DNA of 64,000 bases from Camelus dromedarius (lineage: Eukaryota). Under the pieces are notes generated by a model. It was not told the origin of the DNA and did not search any database. It saw only the letters and a list, made by a program, of their open reading frames with translations. A program made the translations under genes and the position numbers. Every line of letters starts with the position of its first letter. The first letter of the stretch is position 1. The stretch spans positions 81,470,001 through 81,534,000 of the forward strand of contig NC_087437.1 in NCBI RefSeq assembly GCF_036321535.1, given 5' to 3'. Below are positions 39,890 to 53,162 of this stretch, piece by piece.

Positions 39890-40093
39890 AAAGTAAACAG
39901 AAAAAAAGAAATAATAAGAATTAGGAGAAAAAATAATAAAATTAAAAACAGAAAACCAATAGAGAAAAATCAACAAGACCAAAAGCTGTTTGTTTTTTGT
40001 TTTTTTTTAAAAGATCAGTAAAATCAATAAGCCTCTAGCCAGGCTAACTAAGGAAAAAAGAGAGAAGACACAAATTATTAATATTAGATATGA

Positions 40094-40348
40094 GGGGAGA
40101 GGGGTGGGAGAGGATAAACTGGGAGTTCGAGATTTGCAAATACTGACTGGTATATATAAAATAGATAAACAAGTTTATACTGTATAGCACAGGGAAATAT
40201 ATTCAATATCTTGTAGTAGCTTATGGTGAAAAATAATATGAAAATGAATATATGCATATTCACATATGACTGAAGAATTGTGCTGTACACCAGAAGTCGA
40301 CACAACATTGTAAACTGACTTTACCTCAGTAAAAAAAAAAAAAAAAAA
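40094..40348 (+). mobile_element. Short L1 3' tip with poly(A), nested in the host L1
   Basis: TSD 'agatatga' at 40086-40093 and 40349-40356; long A-tail. Confidence 0.88.
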
Positions 40349-41387
40349 AGATATGAAAGAAGGGACACCATTACAGATCTCATGAACTTGAAAAGGAAAG
40401 GAACAATACGAACAACTCTATACTTACAAATTCTAGGATACCTAAATGAAACAGACCAATTCCTTGGAAGACTCAGTCTACCAAACTCATATAAAAAGAT
40501 ACGGACAATCTGAATATCTCTAAATCTATTTTAAATGTTGAATAGAAAATTAATCACCTTCCAAAATAGAAAACATCAGGCCCAGATGGGTTCACTGATG
40601 AATTCTATGAAACATTTAAGGAAGAAATTATACCAATTATCAATAATCTCTTCAGACAGAAGCCAAGGGAATACTTCCTAAGTTATTTTTTAAGGCCGAC
40701 ATTATCTTAACACCAAAATGTGACAAAGACATCACAGAAAAGCAAAAATACAGATCAATATATCTTATAAACAGAGATACAAAACTTCTCAGCAAAATGT
40801 TAGCACATCAACTTCAACAATGTATAAAAATAATTGTACATCACAAGCAAGTAGGATTTATCGCAGGTGTGCAAAGCTAGTTCAACATTTGATAATCAAT
40901 TACTGTAGTCCATCACAACAATAGGGTAAAGAAAAACTGCATGATCATATCAATAGATATGCAGAAATAGCATTTGACAAAATCCAACTCCCATTCATGA
41001 TGATGATGATAATAATAATAATAATAATAATCTCTCAGCAACCTAGGAGTAGAAGGAAGTTTCCTCAACTTGATAAAGACTATCTACCAAAATCTATAGC
41101 TAACATCTTATTTGATAGTGAGAAACCAGAAACTTTCTTGCTAAGATCAGGAAAAGCAAAGATATTCCGTCTCCTTTTCAACACTGTACTTACTGGAAGT
41201 CTTGGTTAACGCAAGAAGACAAGACATGGGAATAAAAGGTATACATTGGGAAGGAAGAAATAAAACTGTCTTTGTTCTCAGATGTCATGATCCTCTATGC
41301 AGAAAACTTAAAAGAATCAACAAAAACTAGAACTAATTAGCAATTATAGCAAGATATTGAGATACAAGATTAATATATAAAAGTAAG

Positions 41388-42590
41388 TGGCACTACATCA
41401 AACTAAAAAATTTCTGTACAGCTATGAAATCATCAACAGAATAAAAAGGCAACCTATGGAATGGGAGAAAATATTTGCAAATCATACATCTGATAAGGAG
41501 TTAACATCCAAAATATATTAAAAACTTACACAATTCAATAACAAAAAATTAGCAGTCCAATTAAAAATGGGCAGAGGAACAGAACAGTTTTTTTTTTTCC
41601 CAAGGAAGACATAAAAAAGGCCAACAGGTATATGAAAAGGTACTCAACATCTCTAATCATCAGAGGACTGTAAATCAAAACTACAATGAGATAACACCTC
41701 ACATCTGTTAGAATGGCTATTATCAAAAAGACAAGAAATAACAAGTGTTAGTAAAGATGTAAAGTACGGAAATCCTTGTGCACTGTTGAGAGGAATATAA
41801 ATTGGTACAGCCACTGTAGGTAGGAAACAGTATGGAGGTTTCTTTAAAAATTAAAAATAAAACTACCATGTGATGCAGTCATTTCACTTCTGGGTATTTC
41901 TCCAAAGGAAACAAAAATCACTACCTCAAAAAGATATCTGCACCCACACGTACACTGCAGCATTATTTGCAACAGTGAAGACATGGAAACAACCGAAGTG
42001 TCCAATGATGGATAAGTGAATTTTAAAATGTGGTATACATATATATATAGCAGAATATTATTCAATCATAAAAAGAAGAAAATTCTGCCATATGCAACAA
42101 CATGGGTGGACCTTGAGGGTATCATGCTAAGAGAAACAAGTCAGAGAAAGACAGACAAATACTATATGATCTTGATTATATGTTGAATTTTAAAAACCCC
42201 AAACTCATAGATACAGACAGCAGATCAGCAGTTGCCCTAGGCTGGTGTAAGAAGTGGGATAAAATGAGTAAAGGTGACCAAAAGGTACAAATTTCCGGTT
42301 ATAAATAAGACCTGGGAATGTAATGTTCGGCGTGGTGACTATAGTTAATAATACTACATTGTGTATTTGAAAGTTGCTAAGAGAGTGGATCTTAAAAGCT
42401 CTCAGCATACATACAAAAAATGTGTGACTGTGTGGTGATTGATGTTAACTAAACTTACTGTGATAATCATTTCTCAGCACATACATTTATCAGATCATTA
42501 TGTTGTACACCTAAAACTAATAAAATGTTATATGTCAATTTTATCTCAACAAAAAAGAAAGGAAAACAAAACAAAATAAACAACCAAATA
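41388..42590 (+). mobile_element. L1MA-like 3' segment nested in the host L1MC
   Basis: ORF2 3' end plus a distinct 3' UTR ('gttgctaagagagtggatcttaaa...tgttgtacacctaaaact') and A-rich tail; host resumes near 42590. Confidence 0.75.
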
Positions 42591-43636
42591 AAAAAGTAGG
42601 TCAAAGACCTAAACAGACACCTCACCAAAGATGGTATACAGATGGCAAATAAGCATATGAAAAGAAGCCCAATGTCATGACATTAAGGAACTGTGAATTA
42701 AAGTAACAGTAAGGTACCACCACACACCTACTAGAATGGCTAATATCTGGAATGCTGACATACCAAGTGCTGGTCATGACGTAGGGCAACAGGAACTCCT
42801 ATTCATTGCTGATAGGAAAGCAATATGGCATTGATACTCTGCAAAACCATCTGGCAGCTTCTTTAAAAACTAATCAGACTCTTACTATAAGATCCAGCAA
42901 TCATGTCCCTTGGTATTTACCCAAAATGAGTTGAAAATTTGTCCACAAAAACACTTGCACATGGATGTTTATAATAGCTTTATTCATAATTGTCAAAACT
43001 TGGAAACAATCAAGATGTCCTGCAGTAGATGAATGGATAAAGTGTAACACATCCGTATAATGGAACATTATTCAGTGATAAAAAGAAATGTGCTATCAAG
43101 CCACAAAGAGACATGGAAGAAATTTAAATGCATATTACTAAGTGAAAGAAGTCAATCTGAAAATACTACATACTGTACGATTCCAATTATGTGACATATT
43201 AGAAAAGACAAAATCACAGAGACGGTGAAAAGATCAGTGGTTGCCAGGGCTTAGGAAAGTGGGCGGGCTGAATCAGCAGAGCACTGGAGATTTCTAGGGC
43301 AGTAAACTACTCATATGATTCTAAAATGGTAGACACATGTCATTATACAGTTGCCAAAATCCACAGAATGTACACCACCAGGAGTGATCTGTAACATAAA
43401 CTATGAACTCTGAGTGATAATATGTCAGTGTAGATTTATCAAAACATACCTCTCTGCAGTGAGGGGTAGATAGCAGGGAAGGCCATACAAGTATGGAAAG
43501 AGAGCATGTATGGGAACTCTCTGTACTTTCTTCTCAATTTTGCTGTGAACCTAAAACTCCTCAAAAAAATAAAATCTGTTCTTTAAAGAGGCATTGCAGG
43601 GAGATGCTCAATGGATAAGACCAAACGACAGAGCAG

Positions 43637-44582
43637 GACAGAACCTACCTGGGAGAGCACCCCACCTGGCCTGCTTGTCAACCCATTCCAAGACAGAACA
43701 GCAGAGCAGGAAGAATCACTCTCCAGAACCCAGCAGGGACAGCAAAAAGGGGCACCACTAGTTAATCCTGTATCTGGCATCTGCTAGCATCTTAACACAG
43801 CCCTAAAGGAAAACTCCAAAATCATGTTCCCAAATGATTCGTTCCTGTTTTCATGAGCCAGAAATGGTGTGGCCTCAGTGAATCAACAGGAGGGAGGTGG
43901 AGGAGTTAGCAGATATTCCTGCTTACTGGGAATTGTGTCCAGCACCCTGAAGGGGAGCTCCCTTGGTGCCTCAACAAAAGCCAACTATTTCCAAAGCAGC
44001 TGAGTCATTTTCTGGCCCTGGCCCAGGAAAGAGCCTCCTTGAAACACCTGCTAAATTCCACAGTTACTTGTAAAATGCAGGTCAGCCTTTGCGGGCCTAC
44101 AGGAATCTTCACAGCCCTGAAGGACAACTGCCTCAGCTGAGAGGCGTTCTCACACCACTTGATTTTTTTTTGTCCTTTCCCCAATCATGTTGCTCACTTT
44201 GTAGCTCTCCTCTGAAATCCCTCTAGTTTATCCCAAATTAAGAGTTCTATTTGCTCTTCTCAGCACCTTTAACAAGACATGTATGAAAACAGGTTTCTCC
44301 CAGGGCCTCACCAAGAGGCAATGAGAACAAGCTCCAACCTGCCGCGACGATCAAGCCCCGAGTGATCTAGACGCATCCTCCTGGAAGGCCCTGTGCCTCC
44401 CGTGTAAGGCAGTGTGCACAGCTTAGCCTGGACGCACCCCGACTCAGGACCAGGCATGCAGCCACATTTCTACCACCAGACATGAGGGGAAGTAATAACA
44501 AGCCCTGTACCCCAAAAGAGGCTGGAGACAAACCTATCCGGGAGAGCACCCCACCTCGCCTGCTTGCCAGCCCATTCCAAGA
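43637..44582. repeat. Dispersed ~57-bp direct repeat (43637-43693 and 44527-44582)
   Basis: gacagaacctacctgggagagcaccccacctggcctgcttgtcaacccattccaaga versus gaca-aacctatccgggagagcaccccacctcgcctgcttgccagcccattccaaga: 5 mismatches plus 1 gap by hand alignment. Confidence 0.9.
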
Positions 44583-44719
44583 GAATTTCAGATTGTCTAC
44601 AAAAATTAATAGAGTTGGCAACATAAAATAAAGACGAATAAGCAAATTGGGAAGTTGAGGGGCTTGGTTCTTCTGGATACAGAGTGGGGAAAGATTGGCA
44701 GCAATTTGATGGTCTCTAA

Positions 44720-46070
44720 CTTCACCGTTGTCCGCCTCAATCTGTCCCTTCTTTACCAGTCCTACTTGATTCTAGTTCTCTTGTCAAGGTCACCAAAGAT
44801 CCTCATGTTGCTAAATTCAGTAGCCAATTTTGTCCTCATCTTCCTTGAGTCACTAGCAGAATTTCACAGAGATGATCACTGCCACCTCCCTGGAAAATAT
44901 TCTTCCCTTATTCTTCCTCTTCATTGGTCCTTCCTTCTTTTCTGCTTTCTCCTAATCTTGCAGATTCTTAAAATTAGAATGTCCAATGGCTCAGTTTTTA
45001 GAACTCTTTTCTTTTTGCTCTACCTTCAGTATGGGGAGGTCCCATCCTGTTTCACAGCAGTAAATAGTATACCACATGTCCACTCCTCCCAGATTTTCAT
45101 CTTAGGCTAAACTTCCCCCTTGAACTCTAGGCTCCTTTATCCAACTTCCCGCTCAGCATCTCCACTCAGATGTCTAACACACATCCCAAATTCAAAGCTG
45201 TCCAAAACAGAACTGCCAACATCCCCAGCCAGATCTGTTCTGGTTTTCCCTGCTCAGTGACAACTTCATCTTCACTCACACCAAAAGATTCAAAGTCATC
45301 CTTGGCTCTTTCCTTTTTCTCACTTCCCACAGCCTATCCATTAGAAAAATCCTATTGGCTCTGCCTCCAAAATGTGCTCAGGACCTGTCCACTTCTCACC
45401 ACCTCCCCTGTGACCACTCTGGTCCAGGCCTGGGTTATTACAATGGTCTCACTGGACTCTCTGCTTCCACTTTTACCCTTTTGGATTATTCTCAACACAG
45501 GAGCCAGTGTTATCCTGCTGAAATGTAGGTTGGGTCCAAGTCTTCACAAGAGACTCAGAGCCTGTGTGATTTAGCCCCCGTCACTTCTCCAGCCCCCTCT
45601 CCACATCCTCTCCACCAGCCACACTGGCCTCCCTTCTCTTCGCACACCAGGCCTGCCTCTGCCTTCCAACCTTGGCACTTGCTGCTCCTCCTGCTTGAAA
45701 TGCTCTTCCCTCTTATCTCCTCTAAGCCTTTGCTCCAAAACTTTCTCAGTGAGGCCCTCCCTGATCAACCTATTGAAAACTGCAAGCTGTCTCAACACCC
45801 CATCCCCTTTTCTTGCTTTACTTTCCCCAGAATAAATCCCTTTCTAATATACTGCAAACTTCACCAACTTACTTTGTTTATTGCATCTCCCCTCACTAGC
45901 ATAAAAGATCCATGAATGTGGATTTCTTTTTCTATTTTTCTTTACTGCTTTATCTCTGGCTCTAAGAACTGTGCTTGGCATATAGTGAGTGATTCAGTAC
46001 ATAAGCATTGGTTGGATGGCTGGATGCATAAATGGATGGATGGCTGGATGGAAAGAGTGGATGGCGGGAC
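44720..46070 (+). mobile_element. L2 LINE 3' region
   Basis: 'catctccactcagatgtctaac', 'ccacttctcaccacctcc', 'tctcagtgaggccctccctga'; terminal 'tgcttggcatatagt' followed by (tgga)n. Confidence 0.8.
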
Positions 46071-47519
46071 TTATGCTTTAGCTGCCAAATTCTTAAAAGA
46101 TCCCAGAGCGGGGAAATGTTACAAATCAAGTAAAGTAGAATTCAGCATTTACGACATATATCTTACCCACATCTATTCTGCCTATCTAACTGCATAAAAT
46201 GAAATGAAATGAAATGTCCACAGAATCATTAGAACTAGGCTAGCCTTAGCTTTGTCTCAATTAACCACAACCTACAATAAGCAGGCTGGGGAAACACTCA
46301 TGATTAGGGGAGTCGAGAATGGCAGGCCATGACTCCAATGCTAGGAGAGGGTTCTAGAGAGAGAGTTGATAAACTAAATGTAACCAGCTTCTACTGAGCT
46401 TCTACCGGGAGGCAGATACTACACTAAACTCTTTGTTAACATTATTTCATTAAATCCTTTACCACCCTGGGAAGCAGGTGTTATTATCCCAATTTTACAA
46501 ACAAGGAAACTGAAGTTCAGAAAGATTAAGATTTGCACAATGTCACAATTACACAGTAGAGTCAGACTAGGTCTATGCGAATGAAAACTTCTTGCACTTT
46601 CTATGCCAAAAGTTACTCTAGAAATGGTGAAGTAACCTCTCTCCTACTTCAAACCAATTCTCCCTCTCTAGTCATTCATCATTCTTGGTCTCAGTAGATC
46701 AAGCACCTTAAAATTGAAGCAAGAGTGTTAAGAAATAAGAAGGTTAAACGAAGCTTTCATTCCTTAGTTAATGTTGAAAATTTGCCAACAGAATAAAAAA
46801 AAAAAATCAATAGGCTGCAACCTAACACCTTTCCATCCATTTACACACATACCCACACCCACATGCACACAGAAAGCAACTAGTAGGAAAACACAATCTT
46901 AAAATTTAACACAATTTTACCTTTACCTACTCCATCAGGGTTCGTGAGTATCAAAGATATGCTGCTCAGCATCTGACAGTCCTGGCAGATGCTGCTTAGC
47001 ACTCAAGAAAGAAGCATATTTAACCACCAGCAGCATTGCAACAACCTCAGAGAAATCTCTTTCCTCCCTCCCACTCACGTCTCTCCCTGGTTGAGACCAG
47101 TCACCTCCATTTCCACACAACTTGCAGAACCACTGTGCAATTAATGTCATCAGACATACAAGTCTGAGTGTCAACCTGCGGGGCATGATTGCAGCTTACC
47201 AGAGGACACTGTCTTTTGCAATCAAAGATGCACTATAGAGCCACTGTCAGCAGGTGTGTCTCCAAGGAGGACTTAACATTCTTTTATTCCCACTTTCACA
47301 GAGTCTGTCTCCTAATTAATCATTTCTATGAAATTGTTCAACCAGATGGCTTCGAGGTCCAGTGTGTAAGTGAAAGCAGGAGGCTCCCACAGAGAAGAGG
47401 CTCACCTGCTTCTCCCCAGCCAACCAACTCAGACGCCCAGTGCCACCCAACTGGAGTAGGTAAACGCTACTGTGTGCACCCCTCACCTGTGCACAGCTGT
47501 GCTTATGAAGATTAAGAAA

Positions 47520-47715
47520 ACCCAAGGACCTACTGTATAGCACAGAGAACTATATTCAGTTTCTTGTAATGAGCTGTAATGGAAAGGAATCTGAAATATA
47601 TATATATATCTATATATATCTATCTATAGGTATGACTGAATCACTTTGCTGTGCACATGAAACTAACATTGTAAATCAACTACACATCAATAAATAAGAA
47701 TTATTTTTAAAAAAG
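47520..47715 (+). mobile_element. L1 3' tip
   Basis: 'aaggacctactgtatagcacagagaactatattcag...gtaaatcaactacacatcaataaa'. Confidence 0.85.
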
Positions 47716-48190
47716 GAAACTCAGGAATGAATAATCACAATCCTTGCTGCTGGTTTCAGAATTTGGACCCACCACCTATAGGAATATCTCTTAGTTCTTG
47801 CTTAAAAAATAAGGCATACTGGACAGTGCATAAAAAGCACCCATGAAATTGAGGTGGTGCTATCTGGGTACCATAAAACAATAGCAGCCAAGGAGATTTA
47901 GAAAATGCTTCTTTTCAAAGGACAGAAGTACCACATTTGCCAAGACCTGAACCACTCTTTTAACTCAGGGTTCTAAATCAGTATGGAAATTGTTCTAAAA
48001 GGGGGAAAGAGGCCTCTGAGAACCTCCTATTAAAGGAGGTTAAACACTAAATCAATTAAAATCAAAGCATGGGCGGCAGTTTCATGAGGTGCTCATCTGG
48101 AGACATAAACTCAGAGGAAGGTGATAAAACAGGCCCTTGATTTTATTTCCTCGCTCTTGTTACACCTGAGTGGCCCTGACAGCACAGAGG

Positions 48191-48369
48191 CAGGACCAGC
48201 TACATGATTCATATTGCTCAGGGCAAAATGAAAGTGTGGGGTTCCTTGTTTGTAAGTTGTTGGGAAGTTCACAACAGCGACAGTAGAATGTTAAACCAAG
48301 GGGGGCCTTCCCTTCTAAAACTGGGCCTTGTGTAACCACAGAGGTTGCACAACCATGAAGCTGACCCTG
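48191..48369 (-). mobile_element. MER45A-like hAT-Tip100 MITE
   Basis: Termini 'caggaccagctacat' and 'atgaagctgaccctg'; internal 'gcaaaatgaaagtgtgggg'. Confidence 0.75.
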
Positions 48370-49894
48370 CAGATAAAGCATTTGTCTTCTGGTGGTTGAG
48401 AGACCTGGAGGGAAACCATGCTGGAATTAGATGCTCTTTGGCATCATTCATCCTGGGCCCTTGGAAAGCTCAGTGAGACTATAAAGGGTCACTCCATGCT
48501 GGTATAACTTGGAGAGGAGAAGAGTAATCTTCGCCATCTGATATCATCCTGACCTGGATTTCCACAAGCATGTCTGTTCCCCTGGGAGATTCAAAAGCTT
48601 TCTGCCCCTGTAATTGGTATTTACTTATTTAGGATTGACTTGGCCCCAATTCACCTAACCAACAGGATTGATCTGGAAAGATCAAACTTACAGGGGTGGT
48701 CCCAGGAGGAAATCTGAGTACTTGGTGGCAGAAGATTTTCTATAGTGTTGGTTAGAGAAGAGATCTCTCTGCCCTATCAAGATGGAAGAGACTTCTTGGG
48801 TCACCAACTTGGAAATGGTTGGATGTTAGAAGAACTAGTTACAAAAAAATAGGACCCAATCCCATGGCTAAGGGGAGTAAGTTAGTCTTCAAGCAGATTT
48901 CCAACAAAAGTTTTGAGAAGACTGGCTCAGTTCCTTCTTTTTTCTCTTTCTGCTTTTTAACTGGCCTTCCTTTTCATGTCGCTCAGGCCCGCAGTGGAAT
49001 AATCAGCAGGCCCTTCCCATTCCATCCTCCACCACCCCCAATCAAAATCCACTCATCCTGTGAATCAAACTGTCCCTCTAATAAATTAATTTTAGAAACA
49101 TAGTTAATTATGAGGTGGACTAGAGGTGGAGGTGAGCCCAAAGGAAGGCCGGGGAGAAGTTCATTTAAACCAGAGTCTTTCTGCAGAAGATGCCGTGTAA
49201 GCCACTCCTTTCTCCAATCACTAGTCTCATGGCCCTTTCTGTAAGAGGAAGATGCTCAGCTGATGGAAGCTAACTTGCTCATCATTTCTCCAATGGACTT
49301 AAAACACAAGAAAAAAATTTCATTCATCTTTATTCTTGCTCTTTTATTCAACATGGGTTCAGAAATGCCCTGAATGAATTGCTTCTCAAATTGCACCGAT
49401 AAGAAAAAGACAAAAGGATGAATTCTGGTTTGGGGATGGTAAAGGAGAAGCTATTTCTAAATACCATTTGGAGAAGTAAAGTGGTGATGTGCCAAACAAT
49501 GAAAGAGAGGTGATAACCCTTTGAGCCTGCAGCTGCTCCTGAAAATTCACTTTTCAGGCCTTATGAAGTCCCTCATGCACAAGACTCCATCCCCAAATCT
49601 GGCCACGTTCTTCATGACTCAGCACCATCAGTGACTGATAATGCACCAAAAGGAAAATTCAAAGCCTTCACTATGCTCAGTGTGAGTGACAACACTGTTT
49701 TCTACAAAACATGGGACCATGCTGTCTGAGGGTAGGAGTGGGTGCTTTTCGATGAGAGCCCCAATCTTTCGTTTTCACAAAAACTAATTTCATGCCAGTG
49801 TCAAGATACCTCAAAATCTAAACCTCCCCTCAGTGGACCTCTTTCCCTTCCTAACTTTTATAAACTCCTTTCAAGACAGGAAATTTAGGTCACT

Positions 49895-50250
49895 CCCATG
49901 CCTTTTATATAGGTGGAATCTTAAAAACGACACAAATGAATGTATTTACAAAACAGAAACAGACTCACAGAGATAGAAAATAAAACTATGGCTACCAAAG
50001 GGGGGAGGAGGAGAGGGGATAAATTGGGAGTTTGGGATTTGCAGATTTGAACTACTATATATAAAATAGATAAACAACAAGGACCTACTGTATAGCATAG
50101 GGAACTATATTCAGTATCTTGTAATAGACTATAATGGAAAATAATCTGAAAAGGAATATATATATATATATGTATCTGTATAACTGAATCCCTTTGCTAT
50201 ATACCTGAAACTAACACAACACTGTAAATCGACTATACGTCAATTTAAAA
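49895..50250 (+). mobile_element. L1 3' UTR
   Basis: Same motifs as the 35505-35860 copy. Confidence 0.85.
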
Positions 50251-50268
50251 TATATATCTATGTGTGTG

Positions 50269-50300
<32 letters not shown>

Positions 50301-52826
50301 AATAGGGGAAAAAATTGGGTTCTCTTCATTTCAGGAAAATCTTGAAGAAGGACCTCAAGAGTGGCATATAAATTCTATTCGCAATCCAAAAAATAAGATC
50401 CACAGAAAAGAGAAGAGAAAATATCTCACCATAGCCTCTTCTGAATCCTGTGCAATGTCTTCTGAACTCTGTGAAATCTGGAGAAAACTGCTGACAGAAC
50501 AGCAATCATGGGTTTGAAAAGTGGAATGAGAGCCAAGGACAGAGGCAAAAGCAGGGAGATGAAAGCGAGACTGAGACTGATACTGAGGCAAAGTAGAAAG
50601 TTCCTGCCCCGTTCAAGGGTTTCACGCTGTCAAGCTGATGCTCCTCTTATGGAAAAATCAACTCCCATCTGAAAGCCCATCAGAATGTAACTGCTTGCTC
50701 TTCAGGGCTGAGAAGTCTTTCATCCACTCACCCTATCCTCTTTTACTAATTACTATCATCAACAATAAATAATTTAAAATTATGCCAAAAGCAAAACCAA
50801 CCTTGCTTACCACAATTAACAACAGTTCAATTCTATCAAGTTTTTCTGTGCATTTCTCTCCAGAAATCATAATCTTTGTCTTTCATTGCATCTTCCTAGT
50901 AGTGTGACGACCCCAGACACATGCGGGAGTACAAAATGTGGTCCTGAGTCCATCAGATACAGGCAGAAAGCCTCACGCATGCTTTCTTAATTTCGTCCAT
51001 ATGTATCTCTCTCATTGGAAAACACCAGAGAGGAACAGAATCTCCTCCAATCAATACTGATTTGAAGGAAATTAAAGTGATAAACTTATTCCATCTACCA
51101 TCTAGAGCTGCTGCTGCTGTTATTGTTGTTGTTGTTGTTGTTGTTTTGTTATTATATACTGCAAGAGAATTGCTTTTGCCATGAGAACCATCATGTTATC
51201 CATGAGAATACTGACCAGTATGCATCCCTGCGTCCCACCTGTAGTTACCGAATCCATAGTACAGTCAACATTGGGAATAAAAGTAAAGTTTTTGAAGACC
51301 TCTGATCAAAAGGCTCCTTTCTAGGTGAAAAAGTGACTCTCAGACCCCTCCTTTAAAAGACAAACTGACTTCCAATTTTTTCAAAGACTGATCCTTTAGT
51401 CCCAATCCTTCAAAGAAAGTAAAATTTCTGTCAAATGATATTAGTGATATCTTACCATCATCTTCACATACAAGCTTTTCTAAGGCATGATCTAGGATAC
51501 GTTTTAAGAAACATATAGTTTTCTAGCATCCAAGAGATTTGTAAGCTGTCTGAAGAAAAGCCACATATCTGCCACAGGCAGAATGGGAAAGGAGGTCAAG
51601 ATGCTTAGCATCAGTCAAACTGAAGAAAACAGGTTTGTACAAGCAGTAAAGTATCTAAGCAGAGAAAGCCAGAAGACAGGGTGTTGGACTGAACTTCAGG
51701 TCAGTAGTGAATCAGAGAAACACACCCGGTGATCAAAGTGAAAACTGCCTAACGCTCAGAGGAGAATAGATAGCCCAGGCTTAAAGCCTGGAGCTCAGTT
51801 ATAGACCTCCAGAGCATTAAGCTCATGCAGGACCCTAGAGCAACCTCTCTGACCCAACCTCAAACCTGGAGCAGTGAAGTCAACTCCAACTCTTCAGCCT
51901 TGGCTGGAACCAGCACGACCTTGGTGACTTCACTTCCTGTACAATCCTGTTGAGTTTTAAAGGCTTCTGGTTCTAGACCCTGGCCTAGCCCACCCCTTAG
52001 ACCTGTCAGCAGATCTTAATTACTAAGACTGGCCCTTACTCTTTCTAAGGCATTTGATTTTGAGTCATCCATCAGCCTCAGAAAATCAGCCTCAACTCAC
52101 CCCCCACCTATTACTCCTACTCCCAGCTCCAACTCTTAGGATGCATGATGCACTTGAAATACTACTCTCAGCTGAGTTTGCCTTTCCGTAATTCAAAGGG
52201 CAGGCTGGCATTATCAAACACAGGAAAAGTGTTCAAAAAAACAATAACAGACATCAAAAAGGAGCTGCTAGCTTAGAAGCCAAGGTAAATACCAACACAG
52301 ACCATGGTCTGGCAGACTCTGGCTTGTTATGTACAAAATGTTACACTGAAAGCCTTGACTGTTTGACTTTTTAATGGTACAAAAATGTGTATGGAAGTCC
52401 CCCACCAGGACAGTCAGGGATTTATTTCCACTTTAAATACAACTATGTTACAATTTTGGGGTGCTAGACATTGAGAATTTTACCTTGTTGGGTGTTGGAT
52501 ATTTTTTATATCTATAAATATTCTTGCTCTCTCTTGCAGGATGAGTAAGTGACTTGGAAGCAGCTTGATCCTTTCAGGTGCTGCTTTTTTATGATTTGTA
52601 GGTACGTCTGGAGTCACACTCAGTGCAGGGCTAATTATTCCCCACTACTGAGGCAAGACCTTCCCAACTGTGCTACCCAATATTCCGTGAATTATGAGTT
52701 TTCCAGACTGGCTGGCAGAAACAGGCAATATCCCCTGACCTCTGTGGGTGCAGAGACTGTTCTCCACCACTTCCTGTTCCACTCCGCCATCCCTGCCCCC
52801 TCCCTGCAGACTCCTACAGTTCCTCA

Positions 52827-52857
<31 letters not shown>

Positions 52858-53162
52858 TCTCCCTCCCTGCCCCCCACCTCTATTTCTGGAGCTCTGTCCT
52901 ATGAACTCTAGTTACCTTGGTTTCCCGGGGCTCTTAGCACCACCTCTTTAACTCAGGGAGTGCGAGTTACACCTGGGTCACTCCCTGCGTCAGCCTGGAA
53001 ATTCTCTTAGGCAGCCAGCTGGAGCGCGCCTAGTGCTCACTTCTTTTGTCTCCTACAGATCATGGCCCTCCATTTTCCGATGGCCAGTGTTTCAAAAACC
53101 ATATATTGTTTCATATATTTTTGGTTATTTCAGGCAAAAGAATAAATCTGGCCCTGTTACTC

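Larger units (their letters stand above)
36425..43580 (+). mobile_element. L1MC-like host LINE (endonuclease region to 3' UTR) carrying three nested younger L1 insertions
   Basis: EN-like 'PTICCLQETHFKYKDTYRLK' at 36559-36747; host ORF2 resumes after each insert; L1MC-type end 'ggaactctctgtacttt...tgctgtgaacctaaaact'. Confidence 0.85.

Noticed and set aside
44655..46197. Run of plus-strand ORFs of 78-151 aa
   Set aside because: Fall within an L2 remnant; no recognisable protein or splice structure.
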